From NCBI RefSeq assembly GCF_036971445.1, contig NC_091473.1, positions 250,790,001 to 250,854,000 on the forward strand: DNA of 64,000 bases, in the 5' to 3' direction. Below, piece by piece: positions 33,997 through 47,900 of the stretch. This DNA comes from Narcine bancroftii (taxonomy: Eukaryota). The notes under the pieces were generated by a model. The model was not told the DNA's origin, did no database searches, and saw only the letters and a list, made by a program, of their open reading frames with translations. The first letter of the stretch is position 1, and every line of letters starts with the position of its first letter. Position numbers and translations under genes: made by a program.

Positions 33997-36900
33997 GTAA
34001 GAAAATTTAAGTCCTCTTGGATTTTTGGAAGTACTCTATCTGTCGATTTGCATCTGTCTCTAGAAGTTGAACAATCTGTTGGACAAACGTGGATGTTTTT
34101 TTGGCAGCTTTGGAGACTGAGGGGAGACCTGAGAGAAGCTTGTAACATTGTGAGAAGTAAGGTAGGGGAGGCAGTCAGAATCCAGGGTGAAAAAGCCACA
34201 AACCAGAGGACACACATTTCAGATGAGGGTGTTTAAGGGAGATCAGTGCGGCGTTTTTTATACAGAGAGTGCTCGGTGCCAGGAGCCTTGGTGGAGGTAG
34301 GTACGATTGTAATCTGGAAACCTCTTAGTTTCCAGATCAATATGCAAGGAATAGAGGGACATGTATCATGTTCAAACAGCAGAGATTTAGCATTATGTTC
34401 AGCACAGATACCATGGGCACACAGCTGTTCCTGTGTTGTACTGTCCTATGTTCTAAATGAGACCTGTGGGGAAATCTAGCAACAGAAATGACGATGGTAG
34501 GAAACATCTATTAGTAATGTATATCTGTGACGGTTTCAGCCACAAATTCCACCGAACAATACACAATTCTGGTGCGATTGCTGGGGCATAGAAATTTAAA
34601 TAAGGCTGAGAATAATTCTCATCTGGCTGACGGTTTCACTTCATGCCAAAGTTGTAAGGCATGACACTTTACCCTTGTAAAATTTGCAGTGATCCAGGCC
34701 ATTTACATGGCAGCTTTGTTAAAATGAACAGATAAATTAGTACTTAAACATCAGAAGAGAGTATAACCGAGAATGTAAAGGGATTTAAGTATCAATTTTA
34801 TGTCCAAAACTTAGGAGAATTGTGAATAAAAAAAACCACTCGTATCTAAATGCTATTTAAAAACTTTCAGTTTCCTGTAATGCCCACAAATGTCATCATT
34901 GAATGTAAAAACTTCTGTTAAATATTCATGTCACCAATTAAAATTACCATTTACCAAAGCAAGATTTTAACTCCCTGTCATTGTCTGTACAATGTTGTGG
35001 TGGTCCACCACTGGCCTACTGCAAGGGGCAACCTCCGAACCTGCAGGAGTGTAAGGGGACAGGACAACACCTGGCCGGCTGTCAATCAGTTGGCCTGAAT
35101 GGATCAAGCCCCACCCGGTCGGGTGTCAATCACCCTCCGGGATATAAGCCTGCACCGGCCTCCCAAGGCCTCACTCAGAGTTGCTGCAGCCACAGCCAGC
35201 CTGGCTCTGTGGAAGTCTTTGTGGATTAAAGCCTGTTGTACAGTCTTTACCTTGTGTGTGTCTGATTCTGGTTAACAGTGCACCACAAATGTACACATAC
35301 ATTGTGAGCTCTGCTAACTTGTAGTAAGTCACCATGTGGATTAAGTGTGGTTTATTTGGCACAATTTTATATGCTCTGGGACTAATGGAAGACTATTTTC
35401 ATTACTTGCATCTGCCAGAATCAGTCCAGAACAAATTAGTTAAAAGATTCTCCCTCTTTGTAAATAATTCTGTTGGGCTAATTCATATGAAATGAAATAG
35501 TTTAATTATAAGCCAAATTTGTTTTGAGTTTGAGCCTCTGTAACAATAGCAGAGGAGGTGCCTTGCCCCAATGCTTTGAAATTAATGAAACTGATCTATC
35601 CCGAGGCACATTCCTTAACAATTACTGTTCCTGAAAAATATCAGTTGCCGCTGTCAGTGCTTTTTAGCGCAAAGTGCAGTGCAATCAGAATGCTGTTCTT
35701 GAGGTGTAGTATTAACCTGAAAATGCATGGCCCGATTTCTGCTAACAGCACAGAGGTTGTTCCCTGCATTCATCTCAATTTTACCCCTCTGTTGACAACA
35801 AAGAAAATAACCTGGTTCTAAATGTATAACAATTTCTGGGATCTTGCAGTGTGCATGCAGCAACTGGGAATCCTACATTGAAATGGCATCCTGCTCCACC
35901 ATTCAGTAAGGTCATGGCCGATCTGACTCTGGACTCCGATCCACTTATCAGCCTGTTACCCAAAACCTTTATTCTTCAAAGATCTATCTATTTGTGTCTT
36001 AATAAGGCAGCCTTAACTGCTTCCTTAGGTAGAGAATTCGAGAATTCCACAGATTCACCACTCTCTGGGAGAAGCAGTTCCTCCTCTTCTCTGCCTTAAA
36101 CCTATTCCCCTGAATCTTGAGTCAATGTCCCCCAGTTCTAGTCTCACCTGCCAGTGGAAACAACCTTCCTGCTTCTATTTTATCTATTCCTTTCATAATT
36201 TTATACCTTTGTACAGGTATATGCTCTATGCTTATGTTTCCAATGAGTATTGTCTCTCATTTCCAGAATCAACCTCGTAAACCTCCTCTGCACCACCTCC
36301 AAAGCCAGTATTTCCTTTCTCAACTACAGAGATCAGAATTTCAACAAATCAATATATCTCAAACCTCTTCACCGGCTTATTAATGATTGTCATTACCTGC
36401 AGAAGTATTTAGAATATGACCAATAGTTTGGTTTAAGGTAGCTGAATGAAAGAAAGACAGAGAGAGGCAGGGAAGGTTTAGAGATGAAGTTCTAGAGTTA
36501 AATTTGTGGCCTTCAAAGGAAGGAAAAAAACCAAAAATGTAGATCAGTAGTTCTCAACCTTTTTCTTTCCACTCACATACCACTTTAAGTAATCCCTATG
36601 CCGTAGGTCCTCTGTGATAAGTAAGGATTTGCTTCAGGTAGTATGTGGGTGGAAAGAAAAAGTTTGAAAACCGCTGTTTTAATCGTCACTAATTGAGTTT
36701 TGTACACAGCTTCGTAACTCCAAAAGAAATAGGCTAATGACAATTTTTCTCAAGCAAAATATTTTAGTAACAAGTGGGTCTAGAGCAGTGATTCTCAACC
36801 TTCCCTTCCCTCCCACATACCACTCTAAACAATCCCTTACTCATCACAGAGCCCTGATGGCCTAGGGATTACTTAAAGTGGGATGTGAGTGGAAAGGAAA

Positions 36901-39900
36901 AGGTTGAGAACCTCTGATGCAGATAATCAAGAGGCCCAGAGGAACCAGAGATCTAGAGGAGAAGAGAAAACGTACGGGGAAATTAGGGTGGGTACTGAGG
37001 AAAGGAGAGGGCTGATGGTGAGATTCTGGAGAGATTTGAACACCAAGATGATACTTTTAAAACTGAAACCCTGCTAAGAAAAGTGGGTGTACAGGACATT
37101 CCGTGACTTTGAAGACAAACAACATATTTCTGGATACCTGACTGGAGTTGTTCAGCACAGTCAAAAATTAAATGAGAGCACACGGACTTCACAGTTAATG
37201 TGACCTGATTTACGTCAATGAGGTCAATGATGTTTTTTTCCAATGTTTCTGAGTTCGGGGAAGGGAATTCCTTGAAATCTGACATCAAGTCAGATCCGTT
37301 TAGAAAAGATGAAATGACCTTTTACAATTAATAAGCATTTTAATGGCTATGAGATCAAAGTGATTGATGAAATTTGGAGAACAAGACTGGTCATCAGAAC
37401 AAAATCACACCACGGAATTCTCTGCTGGACAAGAGGTGTGAGGAGAGCATTTAGAACACCTGCTGACATTGGTCAGGGCACTGAGTGCAGGAGCAGGGGC
37501 AGAATGTAACACACACAAGATGTTGGGGAGACCACACTTGGAGTATTATCTGTAGTTCTGGTCACCCTCTCTCATTCCATATCCCTCTGTCTCCCTTCCA
37601 CCAGCACCCAACCCCTTCCCTCTCCTATCAGGGAGCCACTGTTTAGCCCCTCTGCCTGCTCCCCCTATCACTTCTCCGCTTCTTTCTCTTCCACCCTCCC
37701 ACCTTCCTCCAGCTATCACCTCTGATCTGTTCATCTGTACTCCTCCCCCTTCCTCCTTCTTTCTGCCTCTCCCCTCCACCACTTTCTTTTTCCCCTCTTA
37801 TTCCTGACGAAGGGGTCAGGCCTGGAACATGGATGGCCTTTTATTTTCTAAGGATATTGCGAGACCCGCAGAGTTTGAGCAGCACATTTGTGTATTGCAC
37901 TGGACCCCTGTTTAACTCCAGGTTAACATTCCGTCTCTTCCACCGTGGTCTGGCACTGCGTCAGGTCCATCACCTCCTCAGTAACTTGACTCGATTGTTC
38001 AACATTAGACATTGGAACAACTGCTTCATTGAGACCCCCGTCAACATTCCATAATGCAGGTTAAGCCTGGTGCTGGTGATCAACCTGTGAGATTGGTCTC
38101 ATTCTACTTTGGGTCCATTTGATTTGTATTCGTTCTTCTTTCCCAAATTGAACAGGGGAAACAATATTGTTAAACTCTCTGAACAAGCCTTCCAACACTT
38201 TCTCCATTCATATTGCTGGTCTGTCACACACTGCCCATCCTCTAGCTTAAATTATTTATTTATATTTAAATGTTATTTAAAATAATGATTTATTTTTATT
38301 TACAGCAAGGTAGAAACCAATTCTGATCATTTAAATCCGTGCTGCCAATTATACCCATATTCACCTACAACCCCATACATTTTGAAGGGTGGGAGGACAC
38401 CAGAGACCCCGGAGGAGACCCACACAATTACAGGGAGAACGTGCAAACTCTTTACAGACAGCGCAGGATTCAAACTTGGATCGCTGCCACTAACTGCTTC
38501 GCTAACCATGCCACCCCATTCTCTGCAGTCTGCTGGTACTCGAACGCAATGTCATGCCCTCCTCACACCCTTATTTAAATTACAATTTGATTACCTTTTC
38601 TTCTAATTTTAAAATTTACATTTAAATTTAATTTAAAAAAGGTGTAGACATCAGGCCAATTCGGCCTAACGAGCCAGGCCAATTTACACCCAATTGACCT
38701 ACACCCTGAAGGGTGGGAGGAAAGTGGAGCCACCCCCGGGGGGGGGGGGGGGACCCACACGGACATGGGGAGAACATGCAAACTCCTTACAGACTTTGTG
38801 GGATTCAAACCCCAGTCTGGTCCCGATCACTGGCGCTGCAAAGGTGATGCACTAACCGTTACACCAATCATGTCGCCCATTCCTTAAGTTCCTGATTTAA
38901 GTTCTTTTTTGTCCAGACATCATAACATATTAGCTGCCATTCTCTGTCCACCTTTGGCATGGTTAACAGGGCAGTGAGTATAACATTATTAGAGTACTAG
39001 TGACTTGCTAACAGTAGAGAGTTTGTACATTTCCCCATGATCTGCATGGCCTTTGTCTAAGTGCTCTGATTTCCTTTTAAACATACAGGGTTGGTTGGTT
39101 GGTTGCAATTGGGGCAGCATAAGTTTCATGGGCTGGAAGGGCCTTCAACCGTGCTGTATCATTAAAATTAAAATTAAATTTTAAAAGATCCACATGCCCC
39201 AAATTGGATGCATTTGAAAAGGGGTCTCTCTGGTTTTCACTTAACTCTGAGTCCAAGGATGGGATGTTCCACTGACAGACCAGAACTTGCCCCACCTACT
39301 CCACTCAGCCACTGCACAGATGGTCCCTTGCCCAATCTTACTAGCCCAGAGTGCCAAAGAGATGGTCCCTTGCCCAATTTTCCTCGCCCAGAGTGCCAAA
39401 CCAGTGTAGTAACTGTGCCCGTTAGTCTTGAATTTAATTTAATTTAGGGGACACTCGCCTGCTTCACGCACGTGACCAAACAAACCACCAAACCTTGTTC
39501 GCTTTGGAGGGTGGGAGGAAGCCAGAGCACCTGGAGAAAACCCACGCAATCACGGGGTGAATGTACCGACTCCAGACCAGACAGTACCAGATTCAAACCC
39601 GGGTCGCTGGCACTGTAACAGCATTGCGCTAATTGCCGCACTAGAACAAGCCCAGCAACTGAGAGCAGGGGTGGAGGGAAAGATTGAAGCGTGAAGAAAA
39701 GGAAAAGAGGCCGAGAAGAACAGTGAATGTTTTTAGTGGCAATCACCTGGGGGCTTCAAGTCAGCTCATTCTGCACACTGGGCCCATGTGGATTGCCACT
39801 TCTTTTACAAGCCTACCTTTTTGCACAACAGTGTAAGGATTCACCTCCTGCATTTTAAAACGGTTCTTGTATTTTCACACTTGCAGTCGTTCACGCTGAC

Positions 39901-41904
39901 ATAACTGGACCAAGTATGAAAATTGGAACTGTGGCGGATAAAGTGGAAATCATTTGCAAATTCAATAAGTATTTCAGAAATCATGAGAAGTACTGGTGCA
40001 AAGGATACTACCGGAGGAGCTGCGTTATTTTAGTGCAAACTCGTGGCCCCCAGATGAAAACCAGAGATGGCAGAATAACAATCGACGCTAATAATAAAAA
40101 TGGAGAACTTACAATAAAAATGCATAAATTAACAAAAAACGATAGAGGCTGGTATTGGTGTGGAATTGAAAGGCATCATCTTCTGGATCCGTTAAGTCCT
40201 GTGGAACTTAGAGTTCATGAAGGTAAGACACAGATTTACATTCACCAATGCGTATGGCATTCACCTCTTTTGTTCAATAAAATTTAATTTCAATTTTAAT
40301 TTAGACATACAGCGCGGTAACAGGTCCTTTCAGCCCATAAGCTGCCCAATTGCAACAAATTGACCTACAATCCCAGTATGTTTTCGACAGTGGGAGGAAG
40401 CCAGAGCCCTCCGGGAAATCCCACGCAGACACGGGGAGAACACACAGACTCCTTACAGACTGCGCAGGATTCCAACCCCCGTCCCAATCACTGGTGCTGT
40501 GACTAACCGCCACGCGAAATGTGTGGTCAGAAATGGAACCAGGCCATTAATTCTTAGGTCAGAATATCAGGTTACATGCTCACCATCCTGTGGGGTACCT
40601 TGCCTCTGACTCCCCAAAGCCTCGCCACAAGGTTCAAAGCAGGAGTGCGATGGAAACATCTTCACTTGCCCGGTGGCATTCAGCTCTGCTCTCATTAGGC
40701 AAACTGTTTTGGCAATCATTGAAAATAAAAAAAACTTCAGATCTGCTGATGCCGGCAAATCTTAAATATAATCAGAAATGATGGCAACACTCAGCAGGCA
40801 AGTTAGCATCCGCGGAAAGAGAAATCATTTCAGTTTGAAGACCAGTTGTCAAATTGGAAAAGTGAGAAAGCAAGGTAGTTTTATGTTGCAGAGGATGGGG
40901 GAGGACGGGAAGGATAAAGAAAATACCTGTATCTCTGATGGGGTGAGGCCAGGATTGTCATATTGATATGCCATTCATTGCGCCATCTGGTGGTTAGAAT
41001 AATAAAGACAGTTGGAGCATGGGAAAACAAATAATGGCATCTTCCTCTCCATCTGCTCTTATTCACAGTAGAAGATAGGCTCTAATCCAACACAAAACGC
41101 GTGAAACACTTAGCAAGTCGGGCAGTATCTGCGCAAAGAGAAACAGAGTTAATTTTCAAATCGATGAGCCTCTGTCGGAACTGGGGAAGTGAGAAAACCA
41201 GTTCGTCGGGACCCTTAGGTTGCAGAGAGGGTGGGGTGAGCTGGGGAGGGCAAAGGAAAATCTGTGAGATGGTGAGGCCAGGATTGCCAAAGTGATGTGC
41301 TCTTCAGGAAATTCTCTGAGTGACAAAATGGAAAGGAGGGAAAAGCAACGAGAGTCAGAGAAAAAAAAATCTCCAAAATTCACAGAGTTAGATGTCCCTC
41401 TCTTTATTTTTTCCCCATCAGAATGTTTTCTTTTATTAGAGTCACAGGCTGGACCAAATCTGTACACAGCATCCATGAATAACCATATTACATTTTTAAC
41501 AGGTCAGAAGTTACTTCCTTCAGACAAAGAAAGACTAAGGTAAACATCAACTGTCTTGTGATAGACTAGTACAAATATAACGTCTCTACCATATTATTCT
41601 AACTGGTTAAAAAGGTGTTACTGAGGCCATTCAGTCCAGTGGTTCTATGCACTTGCCCGCATTTAGAACAGTTTAGCACAGAGTGGATTTGCAGAGCAGA
41701 CTCGATGGGCTGAATGGCCTACTTCTGTTCCATTATCTTGTGGTTAATTTCATATTCCTATGCCTCGTTTATTCATATTTGATCAGAGGCCTTTCAAACA
41801 TTGTTACTGTCCCTCCCTCCCTCATCTCCTCTGGCAGCTTATTCAAGGTATAGTATATAAATATGGTATAATATATTTACCCCTCATCTCCTCTTGCAAC
41901 CTAT

Positions 41905-41957
<53 letters not shown>

Positions 41958-44900
41958 TTAAATCTACACCCTTTAGTGTCAGCTATCCCTCCCCTGAGAC
42001 ATAGACTTTGGTTATCTACCCAATCTTTGCCTCTCGTAATTTTACAAACCTCCATCATGCCAGCCTTCTCTGCTTCAGGGAAAACAGATCCAATTTGACC
42101 AGCCTCTCCTTGTAACTCACATTTTCCAATAGAGTTCACATTGAAGGAGGTCCAAAAAGTTTATTGATTTAGGATTTGCTTTTGGCATGGTTTGGACCGA
42201 TTAAGTTTAAATCCACAGGTGCTTAGAAGAATGAGAGGTAACTTGCTGGAAGTATATCAGATTGTCAGAAAGACTGTGTGGGAAAATCTAGAATTAGGCA
42301 TCACTGTTTAGATTTGAGATTCATTTATTGTCATGTAATAAAACAGAAAATATAATATTTCTTGAAATTTTCTGTAATCTGCCACAAGGCAGATAAAGAT
42401 CCACCTTCAGCAGAAATTGCCCAGTGTCCCTTACAGCCAGAGAGAGAGAGAAGCACAAGCGAGTCCCCTCCCTGAGTCACTCAGTGTCCGTGAATTCGCC
42501 ACCAGTGCTCACGCAGCCTCCACAGCCGCATAGAGTGCAGTCTGAACCAACAGCCAGCCAAGTTCCAGATCCGAACCTCTGATACGATCAGGAAGTTTAA
42601 AATTGAGAAGTTACCCCCTTGATGTAAAGATGAGATGAGATAAAAATCTTTGGAAGTAACTTCCTCAAAGAGCAGTGGAAGGGGAGCTTCAGAATTTATT
42701 TTAAGAAAAATTAATTGATGAGCATGGAGGTGAAAGATTAGAGAGAACAAGTGGGTCTGCTTAGATTACAATCTTATTAAATGGCAGAATAGGTTTGAGG
42801 AGTGAAGGGAATATTTCATCTCCTGATTTAGATGCATGTGTTTTTATTGGCATTTCTTTTGCTATTAGAGTGATGGTCCTCATGGTGTGGACTGTATCCA
42901 TAGAGATGAAGGTTCAACACCAGCAGGGTTGCCTTGCTCTACTCCTCACCCCCACCTCACGTCACCCTCCTGCGGGAGGCCCGTAGCCTGAGTGACCTTC
43001 CTCAGCTGCATGGTCCCCAGCGTCCCACTGTCCTCACTCTTGTGGCCATCCCTCCAGATGGAAGTGTCCGTGAGCAGCGACTGGACCCCAGGCAGCAGAT
43101 CCTGGTCCTAGGCCACAGAATATACTTGACATAGCTCACCCTACCTCCAATTATTTCAATGATCCTAAGTATCCGACACAGTTGAAACAACTGAAAAGTA
43201 TTTAAAAAATCAAATAAAGATTTAAAAATAATACCATATATACGGTACTCGTGTAATTGTCCAATATTTTGGAACAATTGTTCGGGTCAACTTTTGGGGG
43301 GAGTGGGTCAGCTTTTACACGGCCTCTACTTTTGACCGCAGTAAGTACCTGCGCCTTTCATGGCATTGGGAGTTCAGATGGCCGGGTGTTAAGTCCGGGT
43401 ACGGGGTGTCGGAAGCTTGGATGGGCAGGCTGCCAAGGCACGGGTCTGTGATTGGGGCATCAAGAGCTCTGAAGAGTGGGTGGCCAGCCAGGGCAAGGGT
43501 CCACATTTGGGGCATTAGGAGCTTGGATGAGTGGGCAGTCGGGACCAGAAAATGGTGGGGTCAATTTTTACACGTCATAAATGTGATTTTTGGCCCAAAA
43601 GAAGGTCAACTATTTCATGGGATTGATGATTACACAAGGAAATATAGTAAATTAATTGTAAATTACTGAAATTAAAAATGAAAGGCATGTACTTATATTT
43701 AGCCATTTAGGTAAATTAGATTGTAATCTCAGGTTACCATTAAATTGAATGGGGCCATGCCACATATATCAAAGGTGTAAAGTTGAGGGGAAAGAGCCTG
43801 GAATATGTCAATAGGTATACTCTAATGTTCAAACAAAAGCCCCATGCTGGTTATACTGTAATTAAATCTAACAGTGATATCGAAACACCAGTACATTAGG
43901 AACTAAACTAAAGGTAGCTGAAGTCCGAATGAGTTCACTTTGAAATATGTTCCTTGGATTCTTGAAGCTGTTTTGAAATGATTGCTAATAAAGGAGTCAA
44001 CATTTCTTCTTGTCCAATCAAATGGCTCAGTTATGAAACCATGCTGGACTCCGTGCTGAGCTCAACAATGCCAAGGAGGTCGGATGTCCTGCCACCCACT
44101 TTCCAATGCATGCCATTGTATAGACAGTTTCATAGTGACCCATCAGTACAATTCAGGGCAATATTGCACATTAAACTTTAAGGGTTTAGAACATAGAACT
44201 GAGAACATTATAATGCAGTATAGGCCCTAAGACCCACATTGTTGTGCCAAGCTATGTAAACCTGCTCCACAACAATCTCACTTTCCCCAGCTCACATTCA
44301 TAATCTTCCAATGTTCTTCCATCCACTACTTTTCTAAGAACTCTTTAAATGTCGCTATTGTGCCAGCCTCTATCACCTCACCCAACAATGCATTCCCGGC
44401 ACTCTCCACTGTGAAGGTAAAAATCTTCTCCCCTAAACTTTCTTCCATTCACCTTAAACAAATGTCCTCTGGCATTTGCTATTGTTTCTCTAGGAAAAAG
44501 CTGCTGACTGTCCACCCTTTCCAGGACTCTCATAATCCTCTATGCCTTTATTAAGTCACCTCGCACTCTTCATTGCTCCAAAGACATATTCTCTAATCCA
44601 GGCAACATCCTGGTAAACCTGCTCAGTACCCTCACTAAAGCATCTCCATCCTTCCTGCAATGAGGCATCCAACAAAGTACTCCAAGTGTGATTGAACCAA
44701 TGTTTTATAGAGCTACAGCATTGCCATACAGCTCTTGAGATCAATCCCCCTGACTAATGAAACCTAGTACATCATATACCTTTTTAATTACCCTCTCTAA
44801 GGACTTGGACTCCCAGATCTCTCCATTCCTCAATGCTGCTAAGAATCCTATTAACCACATACTCTACCTTCAAGTTGGACCTTCCAAAGAGCATCTCTGT

Positions 44901-47900
44901 AGTGAAACCATCATTGTACAAATTTGTTATATGACCTTTCCTGTTTGACCCTGCTCTCACCGGCCAGTTTGTGACTTTCTTTCCCATAAAGGCTATCATG
45001 CCACAAGCCTGCCCCCAGTTTGAATCCAGGACAGTGTAAGTGACCAACACAGGGATGCTGTCCATCTTTTGCAAATAAAAGCCTTCAGTTTCAATTACTT
45101 CAGTCTTTGCACAATTGATTGTGCATCAATCACTTCACAGTTATCCAGATTGAACTCTATCTGCTACTTCTCCATCCAACTCTGCATCCTGTGTAACCTA
45201 CCGACAACCGTCTATATTATTCACAACACCTCCAATCTTTGTGTCATGCGTAACCTAACTGACTCACCCCCCTCCTCTTCTTAGTCCAAGTCATTTATTA
45301 ACATCACAAAGAGCAGGGGTCCCAGAACAGATGCCTACAGAATGCCTTTAGTCACTGACCTCCAGGGAGAATATGCTCTTGTCTTTCCAGGGTTAACTAC
45401 GACAGAGATTCACACAAACCCCTATTTTAATATTCCGTCAAGGCTCCTGATTAACCAGCAGCTGAGAAGAGGAAATTTACCCCCCAGTACTCCGACGGCA
45501 ATTTCATTCCATTCACCCCCAGTAAATGCGATGTCCATGCCTGCCCATAAATCATTAATGTGCCAAATTTTGGGTAACTTTCTGCTATTCACCTGCGTAA
45601 CATTGACTTGCTTAAGATGGGTTAACCCAAACCTTTAAGGTGAAACAGAAGAAATCTTGACCATATCATTTGAGTTTAGCTTCAGAGTTTTCAGAATTCA
45701 AAGAACGTTTTTCAAAGTAACCACCTTCAGCGTTTGGCCGAATTTGCATCCAAATATAACGTTATCATAAATGTGAGTATGAGCTAAAACAAGGACGTTC
45801 AATTGATAAGATGGTTATGGTTTTGTGATGTCACTGTTAGATCTAATCATAATATTACAGCCAGGAGTGAAACACAAAAGTTTGCAGACACTGCAGAAAT
45901 GCTGCGAGACCTGTTGAGTTCCTCCAGCATTTCTGTGTTTTCACATAGTTTTACCACCATGAAGGTTCTGTGCTAACGTCAGGGTGTGTCAGCTGACACG
46001 AAATTATCCAAATGGTTAACCGATTAAGAAATAAGAAAAACCACTGGGTTCCGGCAGAATCTGGGGAACAAGGAAGGGACTGGCTTTCATGGTTCTTGAG
46101 TCATGGTCCTTCTGCTAACAGGTGATGGGTAAAAAGGAGCGTCGAGTGTTAAAATAATTCTCGCCATAGTGATGCAGATGTCCCAGTGGATAAAACCATA
46201 AGACATGGGAGCAGAAATAGGCCATTCAGCCCATCAAGTCTTCCCCGCCATTTAATCATGAGCTAATCCATTTTCCCACTCAGCCCCACTGCCCAGCCTT
46301 CTCCCCATAACAGTGACTCTTTATCAGAGCGTCGTTGAACATTAAACTAATGTCGTTGCATTACTAACCCCATGTCATATTGGTTGCCTGGATTTAATGC
46401 ATGCAAAATCATCTCCAGCTTTCAGTTGTAGTTCCAAGTGCAGAATATAACAGGATGTTAGCAAGTGTGACTTGTTACTTGCTAACATCCCATTATATTC
46501 TGCACTGGGAAAACTCCATGTTATGGGACATAATTAGATAATTCCTCATCATATCGTTCGTGGACACATTTAGCTGATATACCTCTGTTTCTACCTGATC
46601 TTGATGATTCTTCTTTCTCTTTTTCATGAACCACCAAGATTTTTCGTAATACTTGGACTAGTCTTTGGAATATTAACAATGATGTCTCTTGGTCTCCTGG
46701 TCCTAGTTATCAAAAAAATTAGAAAGCACAGAAATAAAGGTAAGTTCAGAAGTGAACACACATTTTGTGAAGTAAGGTTAATCCTTGTTTCTAAGAAGCA
46801 ACTAACTAAATGATATGAAACAATCTTACATGTTTTTTGTCTCATTTGCTATGATTTAAATCAGCGATTGTCAGCCTCTATTTTCAGCTATGGCTCAAGG
46901 TTTATGGGCCCTCTTCCCTGTAAAGAAGTCAAGTTTTTGCTTCTTCTGTACTCCTCTCCCACCGACTACATACAAAAATGAAGTGAAAAGAAAAATGTGC
47001 GGTCACCCCCGGGAGGGAGGGGGTGGAGAGCATAGGGCCCCCATTGAGAAATGCATCTGTATTTGAGAACTGTATGCACATTGTTAGGCAAAAATAAAAA
47101 TCTCCTCATATTTTTATTTCAATAACCTTATATTTTTCATTTCATTCTACGAATGAGTCTCAATAAAGGAGTCAGCCAAATGCAATGGAACCTCCTTTAT
47201 CTCTTTGGAAGAATAGGAGTTCTGTTGTTCTGACCATTCAGAACAACATAATGGTGACAGGGTTGCCAATAACATTGCGACAACTTGTATGTGGCACAAA
47301 GCAACGTGCATTGTTTCTTGCTCATGGGTTTAAAATATTTGGAAGTCATGTTAGCAACACAAAGGTGATTTTTATTTGTTAATTAAAAGCGCTGCCTGTC
47401 ACCAGTTTGCCAGAGTCAAGGCCATCCTCCTGTTTGGTACTGTGGAAAGAAATGAAACAATTATATTTCCTTGAACAATTCTCAACACACCAGATGAATG
47501 AGTTAGTAACTATTCAGTAAGTCTTTTGTGAATAAGTATGCACTATTTAATTACCTGCTAAATAATCTTGGAACATAGAATATACAACTCTACAGCACAC
47601 TACAGGCCCTTCGGCCCTTGATGTTGTGCCATCTTGTATTCCTACCAAAAAATGTAGCACTAAACCCTTCCTACCCCATAACCCTCTATTTTTCTTTCAT
47701 CCATGTACCTGTCTAAGAGTCTCTTAAATGCCCCGAATGATTCAGCCTCCATCACCATGCCTGGAAAAGTGTTCCAGACACCCACAACTGCCTGTGTAAA
47801 AAAACTTATCCCTGATGCGTCCCTTAAACGTTCCTCCCTTCACTTTGTAGAGATGACCTTGGTATTTGGGATTCCTGCCCTGGGATAAAGGCACTGGCTG

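Noticed and set aside
19226-40222. Rearranging Ig/TCR V gene segments
   Set aside because: Each IgV exon includes its own G strand and ends in a splice donor. No heptamer-spacer-nonamer RSS is adjacent, and the KYWC-x7-C pattern is CD300/pIgR-type.
41843-42139. ORFs with (RE)n or (LS)n runs
   Set aside because: Translations of the (CT)n microsatellite inside a CR1 remnant.
45391-45573. Mucin-like stalk exon for gene 2 (GLTTTEIHTNP...)
   Set aside because: Its open frame is phase 1-1 but it lies after the phase-2 stalk donor, and the acceptor adjoins CR1 sequence. The 41503-41539 exon already bridges the phases.
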